From Terriglobia bacterium (GTDB lineage: Bacteria > Acidobacteriota > Terriglobia > Bryobacterales > UBA6623): DNA of 64,000 bases. A program made the position numbers and the translations under genes. Positions 9,359-15,945 of this stretch are shown here, in pieces. Below the pieces are notes generated by a model. It saw only the letters and a list, made by a program, of their open reading frames with translations. It made no database searches and had not been told where the DNA came from. The stretch spans positions 833,272 through 897,271 of the forward strand of contig CAWGNS010000008.1 in NCBI GenBank assembly GCA_963824095.1, given 5' to 3'. The first letter of the stretch is position 1; each line of letters begins with the position of its first letter.

Positions 9359-9522
9359 CCAGGGCCTACACTTCTCTATCGGCGGGTTGCCCTGCGGGCT
9401 TTACCGGCTTATCGGCAAAACCCGATCGCGATGGCGTCTGTGCCCGCCGCAACGGCCTTGTCGACCCGCCGCGGTGGCTTGAGTTCCCACTGATTCTCTG
9501 GCCCACGCTACACTGAGATCCT

Positions 9523-10449
9523 GTGGCTCAATTCATTGATATTGCCAGCATCCGGGTGAAGCCGATGGTGGCGCCTTACGAGGGCGCGCACCCCGGGCCC
9601 GCCGGCAAGCGGCCGGGGTGGTTGAAGGCTCCGGCGCCGGTCGGGGAGAACTATCGGGATCTGAAGCAGCTTGTGGGGGATCTGCGCCTGCATACGGTTT
9701 GCGAGAGCGCGGCGTGTCCCAATGTGGGCGATTGCTGGAACCGGCGCACCGCGACGTTCATGATCCTGGGCAACGTGTGCACGCGGCGCTGCGGGTTTTG
9801 CGCGGTGCAAAAGGGGCCTCCGCAGGAAGTGGACTACGACGAACCGCGGCGGGTGGCCGAAGCGGTGGCGGCGATGGGGCTCAACTATGCGGTGGTGACC
9901 AGCGTCGACCGCGACGACCGCCCCGACGGCGGCGCGGAGTTGTTCGCGCTGACGATCCGCGCCATCCGCGAGCGGATTCCCGGTTGCCGCGTCGAGGTTC
10001 TGGTGCCGGATTTCCGGGGCGCAAAGAAGGCCGTCGATATCGTGATGGCGGCGCGGCCCGACGTGCTCAACCACAACATCGAGACCGTGCCGCGGCTGTA
10101 TCGGGCGGTGCGGCCAGGCTCGCGCTATCAGCAATCGCTCGACATCCTGCAGCACGCCAAACAGGCGGGCGCGGGCATTCCGACCAAATCGGGACTGATG
10201 GGCGGGTTGGGCGAGACCAACGAGGAAATCGTCGAGGTGATGCGCGACCTGCGCCGCCACGGCGTCGATATCTGCACCATCGGGCAGTATCTGCGGCCCT
10301 CGCGCGACCACTTGCCGATCGCCCGCTACGTGGCTCCGGAGGAGTTCGCGGAGTTCAAACGAGTCGGCGAGCAGGAGCTGGGATTCCGCCACGTGGAAGC
10401 AGGGCCGCTGGTGCGCAGCTCGTATCACGCCGACGAGGCGAGCCGCTAG
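9523..10449 (+). CDS. lipA: Lipoyl synthase
   Basis: ORF track, 308 aa, GTG start. Both Fe-S cluster motifs are present: [13 protein letters not shown] and [10 protein letters not shown]. Confidence 0.95.
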   Translation: MAQFIDIASIRVKPMVAPYEGAHPGPAGKRPGWLKAPAPVGENYRDLKQLVGDLRLHTVCESAACPNVGDCWNRRTATFMILGNVCTRRCGFCAVQKGPPQEVDYDEPRRVAEAVAAMGLNYAVVTSVDRDDRPDGGAELFALTIRAIRERIPGCRVEVLVPDFRGAKKAVDIVMAARPDVLNHNIETVPRLYRAVRPGSRYQQSLDILQHAKQAGAGIPTKSGLMGGLGETNEEIVEVMRDLRRHGVDICTIGQYLRPSRDHLPIARYVAPEEFAEFKRVGEQELGFRHVEAGPLVRSSYHADEASR

Positions 10450-10477
10450 GCTAGCGGGCCAGCGAAGGGCTGGGAAC

Positions 10478-10520
10478 GTCCGCCTCAGGCGGACGCTGCC
10501 GGCCAGGAGGCCCGCGCCAC
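10478..10520 (+). repeat. R1 REP-like element: hairpin GTCCGCC-TCA-GGCGGAC followed by the tail GCTGCCGGCCAGGAGGCCCGCGCCAC
   Basis: Read directly. One of about 12 copies of the family in this window. Confidence 0.8.
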
Positions 10521-10585
10521 ATTTGCGGTGTTGGAGACGGTTCGCTCTGCCGGCGTTTGCCCGGCGCGGTAGAATGGGAGGCGTC

Positions 10586-11143
10586 ATGAACCGAAGAGAC
10601 CTGATCAAATCGGCCATCCTGGCATCGACCGGCTCGGCCCTCAGCGGGCAGACCCATACGCATATGGCGCCCGCCAGCGCGGCGGCCGCCGCCGCACCAG
10701 CCGCCGCCGGCGGCGCGTGGCAGCCGCTGCTGTTGGACAGCCATCAGAATGATACGGTCGTCGCGCTCAGCGAGTTGATTATCCCCGCTACCGACACGCC
10801 GGGCGCCAAGGCCGCCAAGGTCAACGAATACATCGACCTGATGCTGCACGATGTCGCCGAGGACAAGGGCCACAGCTTCTTGATGGGCCTGGGTTGGCTC
10901 GACGGCTACGCGATCCGCAAAAACAACGCGCCTTTTCTCGATTGCAGCGAGGCGCAGCAGATCGAGATGCTCAAGTCGCTCGACGGCGCCAGCGAGGATG
11001 AGCTCAAGCCCGGAGCTGAGTTTTTCAAACAGGTCAAGCGGTACACCGTCGAGGGCTACTACACTTCGAAGATCGGTATCGACGAGTTGAATAAGGGCGG
11101 GCGCGTGCCGGCCACCTTCGCCTGTGAGCATGACCACGCCTGA
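10586..11143 (+). CDS. Gluconate 2-dehydrogenase subunit 3-family protein with a Tat signal
   Basis: ORF 10523-11143 trimmed to the ATG at 10586: MNRRDLIKSAILASTG (twin-arginine). The body (DTPGAKAAKVNEYIDLML...FFKQVKRYTVEGYYTSKIGIDELN) matches the small-subunit family as I remember it. Confidence 0.75.
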   Translation: MNRRDLIKSAILASTGSALSGQTHTHMAPASAAAAAAPAAAGGAWQPLLLDSHQNDTVVALSELIIPATDTPGAKAAKVNEYIDLMLHDVAEDKGHSFLMGLGWLDGYAIRKNNAPFLDCSEAQQIEMLKSLDGASEDELKPGAEFFKQVKRYTVEGYYTSKIGIDELNKGGRVPATFACEHDHA

Positions 11144-11185
11144 GTCGCGACCGCCTGAGTCGCGGTGGGCCTGAGTCGCGGTGGG
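11139..11185 (+). repeat. Short tandem repeat, 3 units of 15-16 nt (CCTGAGTCGCG(ACCG/GTGGG)), beginning across the stop codon of the preceding gene
   Basis: Read directly. Units at 11139-11153, 11154-11169 and 11170-11185. Confidence 0.85.
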
Positions 11186-11302
11186 CGCCCTGCCCTCGAG
11201 ACCGCGTTCGCCGGCCTGCTTTACCGTTTTTATTCCCACGTTAGCCTCGCCGTCCCCAAGTTTGTCCCTGGTGTTTGGCCTTTTGCCGTCGCTGGTGCTA
11301 CT

Positions 11303-11347
11303 GTGGCGCGGGCCTCTGGCCGGTAGGCCCGACCTGGAGGTCGGCCT
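11303..11347 (-). repeat. R1 REP-like element, inverted orientation (GTGGCGCGGGCCTCTGGCCGG... plus hairpin GGCCCGACC-TGGA-GGTCGGCC)
   Basis: Read directly. Forms an inverted pair with the copy at 11405-11449. Confidence 0.75.
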
Positions 11348-11404
11348 TTCCTCGCTATTTCCCTTCACACTCGATGGTTCTGGTCCGCTGGCGTAGTAAG
11401 AAAC

Positions 11405-11449
11405 GTCGGCCCGGCAAGGCCGACGCAGCCGGCCCGAGGCCCGCACCAC
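11405..11449 (+). repeat. R1 REP-like element (hairpin GTCGGCC-CGGCAA-GGCCGAC plus tail GCAGCCGGCCCGAGGCCCGCACCAC)
   Basis: Read directly. Confidence 0.75.
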
Positions 11450-11484
11450 AGAACCTTGCGGGCGCAGACAAGGGCCAACTCGTG

Positions 11485-11503
11485 GACAGACAGAATTGCC
11501 TGT
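11485..11503 (+). repeat. Degenerate R2 hairpin (GACAGACAGAATTGCCTGT)
   Basis: Read directly. The stem is imperfect. Confidence 0.5.
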
Positions 11504-11598
11504 GCCACGCGCCGAAGGTGTTAGGGTAATAGCCGGCAAGTCGTGCGGAACGGCTTGGCCACACCATTTGGCGACACCGTCCGGCAGGGAGGTCTTGG

Positions 11599-12465
11599 AT
11601 GCCCGATCGCAAGTTCACGATGGCGCTTTCGCCCGACAGTATCGGCGTCGAAGCCGACCAAAAGAAGGCTATCGAACTGGCGCATTATTTCGGTTTCGAG
11701 TCCGTCGAGGCGTTCCCGAAGGACCTGGGGGCGCTGTCGGACGGCGAGCTCAAGGACATGCGCCAGGGCATGGAAGCACGGCATGTGGCCTGGGCGATGG
11801 CCGGACTCCCTGTCGATTTCCGGCGCGACGAGGCAACCTTTCGCGAGGGGATGAAGGGGCTGCCGGGGGCCTGCCAAGCGCTGCAGCGCGCCGGCGTGAC
11901 ACGGCTGTCAACCTGGCTGATGCCGATGCACCAATCGCTCACCTATCTGCAGAACATGAAGCAAACTTCGGGGCGGCTGCGCGAGATCGCGGCGGTGGCG
12001 GACGATCACGGCTTGCGGTTTGGGCTCGAATACGTCGGGACCAAGAGCGTGCGCATACAGCAGACGTATCAGTTCGTCCACACGATGGCCGAGACCAAGG
12101 AGCTGATCGCCGAGATCGACAAACCCAACGTCGGTTTCGTGCTCGATAGCTGGCACTGGTGGACGGCGGATGAAACCGCGGCCGATATTCTGACGCTCAG
12201 CAATCGCGACGTCGTCTCGTGCGACCTCAACGACGCGCCCAAGGGTATTCCCAAGGAGCAGCAGCAGGATGGCAGCCGTGAGTTGCCCGGGGCTACCGGC
12301 GAGATCGATATCAAGGCGTTTTTAGGGGCTCTGCTGCAGATCGGGTATGACGGGCCGGTTCGCGCCGAGCCTTTCAACAAAAAGATTGACGAGATGGACG
12401 ACGGGGATGCTTGCTCGTTTGTGGCGGACTCGATGCGGCGGGCGTTTGCTTTGGTGACGGGGTAG
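11599..12465 (+). CDS. Sugar phosphate isomerase/epimerase (xylose-isomerase-like TIM barrel)
   Basis: ORF track, 288 aa. GGGAGG RBS 8 nt upstream. Family-typical blocks are present: GLRFGLEYVG, VGFVLDSWHWW, YDGPVRAEPF. Confidence 0.8.
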   Translation: MPDRKFTMALSPDSIGVEADQKKAIELAHYFGFESVEAFPKDLGALSDGELKDMRQGMEARHVAWAMAGLPVDFRRDEATFREGMKGLPGACQALQRAGVTRLSTWLMPMHQSLTYLQNMKQTSGRLREIAAVADDHGLRFGLEYVGTKSVRIQQTYQFVHTMAETKELIAEIDKPNVGFVLDSWHWWTADETAADILTLSNRDVVSCDLNDAPKGIPKEQQQDGSRELPGATGEIDIKAFLGALLQIGYDGPVRAEPFNKKIDEMDDGDACSFVADSMRRAFALVTG

Positions 12466-12530
12466 GTTGGGCCGGGCGGCCTTTCGTTCTGCTTTCTTGG
12501 TGGTCTTCCCAAACAGGTCAACCCCCAGAT

Positions 12531-12565
12531 CACAGACAGGATTGTCTGGGCTCAGATTGTCTGTG
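12531..12565 (+). repeat. R2 hairpin copy with a duplicated half-site (CACAGACAGGATTGTCTGGGCTCAGATTGTCTGTG)
   Basis: Read directly. Lies between convergent gene ends (12465 and 12570). Confidence 0.7.
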
Positions 12566-12569
12566 CCAC

Positions 12570-15044
12570 TTAGGGCTTCTCGGGCCATTTGTGCTTGGGG
12601 TAGCGGCGGCTGAGCTGGCGTCTTAGCTCGGGATAGAGGCGTTGCCAGAAGCCGGTCAGGTCGGTGGTAGTTTGCACGGCGCGCTGGTTGGGCGCGAGCA
12701 AATGCACCACGACGGGCACTTTGCCGGCGGCGACGCGCGGGGTTTCGGTCATTCCGAAAAAATCTTGTAATCGCGAGGCGATCCAGGGCGGTTTCCCGGT
12801 TTCGTAGTGTACGCGGGTGCGGCGGCCGCCGGGCAGGCGAATCCACTCCGGCGCGATTTGGTCGAGCGCGCCTTGCATGCCGGCGGGCAGGCGCGCGCCG
12901 AGGGCCCGCGCGAAACCGCCTGCTCGCGAGGCCGCCTGCAATTCGCCGAGGCTGCGCAGTCCGGCGCAGAGATTCAGCAGCGCGTCGCGGAGTTCGCCGT
13001 CGCCGATCGCGGGCACGGCGGTGTGTTCGGAAGCGAACTGCACCCGCGCGAGCCAGGCGTCGAGTTGTTCGCGGTCGGCGAAACGATCGATACCCGCTTC
13101 CCATGCCTTTTCGGCAAGCAGCCGCGCGGCCGCCTCGGGGTCGACTTGCCCGCTGCGCGATTCCTCGATCACCAGGCCGTCGAACAGCAGAGCGCTGACC
13201 GATTCGACACGCTCGGCGGCTCGGTTCCACTCGACTGCGTTGCGTTCCTCGATGCGCTCGGGATAGAGGTCGAGCAGCCACTCGGGCTCGACGGCGCTGG
13301 CTAGCCGCACCAGCGGCGGCCCCTGGTCGCGGCGCTCCTCGGCTTCGACGGCGACCAGCAAGGCGGCGCGCTGCACGACGCTCGATCGCGCCAGGATCGC
13401 GCCTCCGCCACCCGCCAGCAGCAGATTGCGGCCCACGGCGCGGCCGTCGCATTGACTTGTTCGCGACGAAGCAGCCGAAGGGGAGGCGGAGCCGCGCGCC
13501 AGGCGGTCCGAAAAAGCGGCCAGCACGGCGATCTGCAAGGCCTGGTCGTGCGCGGCGGGCGTTTTTGGTGGGCTGGCCGCGTTGCCCCCCGCCGCGCGGC
13601 GGATTTGCTCGAACACACGCCGGGTGCGTCCGTTCCTGGGCTGATCCAGCAGGAACAGCAGATCGGACGGCCCGACCTGGTTGCCCTCGGGCGGCAGGCG
13701 TTCGCCGGAGCTGATCAGCGCCGCGATCGTGCAGCCATCGGCGGCGACCCCTCGCCGCTTCGCTTCGACTACGAGGCGTCCGAGGCGCGGATGCAGGGGC
13801 AGCGCGGCCAACTCGCGGCCGATCGCCGAAAGCCGGCCTGGCGCGTCGAGCGCGCCAAGCCGCTGCAGCAACTGTTCGGCGGCTCGCAGGGATTCCTCGG
13901 GCGGCGCATCCAGCCAGGGAAGAGCCGGCAGGTCCACACCCATTGCCTTTGCGTAGAGCGCAACCTGAGCCAGATCTTCGCGCTGAATTTCAGGGGCCGC
14001 CTGCTCGGGCCGGCGTTGGAAATCCTCGGCGGGATAGAGGCGGATGACGCAACCCGGGCCGGTCCTGCCGGCGCGTCCGGCTCGTTGATTCGCCGACGCC
14101 TTGCTGACGCGCGAGACGGTCAGCGTCGGCAGGCCGCTCCAGGCCGAGTGGCCGGCGACGCGCGCCAGGCCGCTGTCGATCACCGCACGGACGCCTTCGA
14201 TGGTGACCGAGCTTTCGGCGACGTTGGTGGAGAAGATGATTTTCCGGCGGCCGGCGGGGCTGATGGCGCGGTCCTGCTGCTCGGGCGAAAGATCGCCGTG
14301 CAAGGGCGCGAGTAACAAATCGTGTTGCCGCGCGAGCGGTTCGCAGGCGGCGAGCGAGCGGCGGATCTCGGCGGCGCCGGGCAGAAAGACCAGCACGTCG
14401 CCTTCGAGAGCGTCTTGTTTTCCAGCAACCAGGAGGCGCCGTACGGCCGCGGCGACCTGGTGCTCGAGCGGGTCGGGCGAGACCGGCGAATACTCGACGC
14501 TCAGTTCGAACAGGCGGCCTTCGGCGCGCAACACGGGGCAATCGCCCAGGTGCGCCGCGATCGGCGCCGCCTCGATGGTTGCGGACATCGCGGCCAGGCG
14601 CAGGTCGGGCCGCGTAGTGCGCTGCAGCCGCAGCAACAGCGCCAGGGCCAGGTCGCCCTCCAGGTGGCGTTCGTGAAACTCATCGAGCAGCACGACGCCG
14701 ACGCCGTCGAGGCGCGGGTTGGAGAGCAGCTTGCGCGTGAGGACTCCCTCGGTGAGGAAGCGCAGGCGCGTTCGCGGTCCCGAAACTTCTTCGAAGCGGA
14801 CCTGGTAGCCGACGGTCTGGCCTGGCGTCTCGCCGAGCTCGGCAGCGACGCGCCGTGCCGCCAGGCGCGCGGCCAGCCGCCGCGGTTCGAGCACCCAAAC
14901 TTCTCCGGAGTTGAGCCCTAACAGCGCGGGCGGCACGCGGGTGGTCTTGCCGCTTCCGGGCGGGGCTTCGATGACCAGGTTCGACCCGCGGCGCACGGTT
15001 TCGAGGATTTGGGGGATGAGGGGGTCGATGGGAAGAGGCTGCAT
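12570..15044 (-). CDS. hrpB: ATP-dependent RNA helicase HrpB (DEAH-box)
   Basis: ORF track, 824 aa. Walker A is APPGSGKTT, motif II is DEFHERHL, followed by SATI, FLPG and QRAGRAGR, then the long HrpB-type C-terminal extension. Confidence 0.9.
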   Translation of the reverse strand: MQPLPIDPLIPQILETVRRGSNLVIEAPPGSGKTTRVPPALLGLNSGEVWVLEPRRLAARLAARRVAAELGETPGQTVGYQVRFEEVSGPRTRLRFLTEGVLTRKLLSNPRLDGVGVVLLDEFHERHLEGDLALALLLRLQRTTRPDLRLAAMSATIEAAPIAAHLGDCPVLRAEGRLFELSVEYSPVSPDPLEHQVAAAVRRLLVAGKQDALEGDVLVFLPGAAEIRRSLAACEPLARQHDLLLAPLHGDLSPEQQDRAISPAGRRKIIFSTNVAESSVTIEGVRAVIDSGLARVAGHSAWSGLPTLTVSRVSKASANQRAGRAGRTGPGCVIRLYPAEDFQRRPEQAAPEIQREDLAQVALYAKAMGVDLPALPWLDAPPEESLRAAEQLLQRLGALDAPGRLSAIGRELAALPLHPRLGRLVVEAKRRGVAADGCTIAALISSGERLPPEGNQVGPSDLLFLLDQPRNGRTRRVFEQIRRAAGGNAASPPKTPAAHDQALQIAVLAAFSDRLARGSASPSAASSRTSQCDGRAVGRNLLLAGGGGAILARSSVVQRAALLVAVEAEERRDQGPPLVRLASAVEPEWLLDLYPERIEERNAVEWNRAAERVESVSALLFDGLVIEESRSGQVDPEAAARLLAEKAWEAGIDRFADREQLDAWLARVQFASEHTAVPAIGDGELRDALLNLCAGLRSLGELQAASRAGGFARALGARLPAGMQGALDQIAPEWIRLPGGRRTRVHYETGKPPWIASRLQDFFGMTETPRVAAGKVPVVVHLLAPNQRAVQTTTDLTGFWQRLYPELRRQLSRRYPKHKWPEKP

Positions 15045-15105
15045 CCGAAGTCAGTTTAGCGGCGCGGGATGAAGCGAGGCGAGAAACGAGCGAGCGTCGC
15101 TGGAA

Positions 15106-15471
15106 TCAGGCGAGCGGCAGGCGCCGAAGTCGATAGCGAGACTCCTCAACAATGACCACCGCTCCGGCAGAGATTTGTTCGGACTCCTCCGCCAAGACTT
15201 GCTCCAATCTGGGAGTCACTGACTCGGCAGTTTGGTTGCGAAGCCGGAATATGATCGCACTCGGGAGCCTAGATCCGGCCGCCGCCAGCAACTCGCCAAA
15301 GTCCAGGTCAAACGTCAACACGACGCGGCTTTCCCGGCCCGCCTTGGCCAGAATCTCCGAATCCGGCAAACGCTGGAGCCCTTCGTCCCTGAGATGAACA
15401 ATCTCGTGACCGGCCGCTCGCAACGACCCCACCGTCTTGAGCGAAACGCCCATGTCGGCCAGGAATCTCAT
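15106..15471 (-). CDS. DUF5615-family (PIN-like / Mut7-C-like) putative toxin
   Basis: ORF track, 121 aa: MRFLADMGVSLKTVGSLRAAGHEIVHLRDEGLQRLPDSEILAKA...VLTFDLDFGEL. The start overlaps the upstream stop as TAATG. Confidence 0.7.
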   Translation of the reverse strand: MRFLADMGVSLKTVGSLRAAGHEIVHLRDEGLQRLPDSEILAKAGRESRVVLTFDLDFGELLAAAGSRLPSAIIFRLRNQTAESVTPRLEQVLAEESEQISAGAVVIVEESRYRLRRLPLA

Positions 15472-15713
15472 TAGTGGGTGAGGGTAAGCGGATGGACCTC
15501 TTCGCTAGCCAGCCAAGCAGCGTAGTGTAGGACCTGGCGGATATCTTCCGCTTCCAGGTCGGGGTATTCGTCGAGGATTTCGGGGATGGTTTTGCCGTTG
15601 GCGACGAGGTTGAGTACAAGCGAGACGGTGATGCGGAGGCCGCGAATGCATGCACGCCCGCCCATGATCTGGGGATTGAAGGTCACTCGATCCAACGTTT
15701 CGGTCGCTTCCAT
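15471..15713 (-). CDS. DUF433-family putative antitoxin
   Basis: ORF track, 80 aa. The signature IMGGRACIRGLRITVSLVLNLVANGKTIPEILDEYPDLEAEDIRQVL is typical of DUF433. Confidence 0.75.
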   Translation of the reverse strand: MEATETLDRVTFNPQIMGGRACIRGLRITVSLVLNLVANGKTIPEILDEYPDLEAEDIRQVLHYAAWLASEEVHPLTLTH

Positions 15714-15877
15714 GGGACACTCCGCAACGATTATTTCTCGCCACCTACGGCGTTCTTAGCATACAACGGGATTGACAGACTGAACCGTGCCTATGTGCAT
15801 CGCCTTAGGCTGCCCGCGAGCTACCGGGAAAGTGAATCGCTAACGGTCGACCGAGGCTGATGCGCCGCTGGGGAAAC

Positions 15878-15919
15878 GTCGACCGAAGGTCGACGCCGCC
15901 GGCCGGAGGCCCGCGCCAC
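15878..15919 (+). repeat. R1 REP-like element (hairpin GTCGACC-GAA-GGTCGAC plus tail GCCGCCGGCCGGAGGCCCGCGCCAC)
   Basis: Read directly. Confidence 0.8.
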
Positions 15920-15945
15920 GGGTTGGGCTTCCGGCCTCGGTTGGG

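Noticed and set aside
9508-10617. 369-aa minus-strand ORF covering all of lipA
   Set aside because: It is antisense to a gene with unmistakable lipoyl-synthase motifs. The translation is Arg/Pro/His/Ala-rich with no motif. This is a typical shadow ORF of GC-rich DNA.
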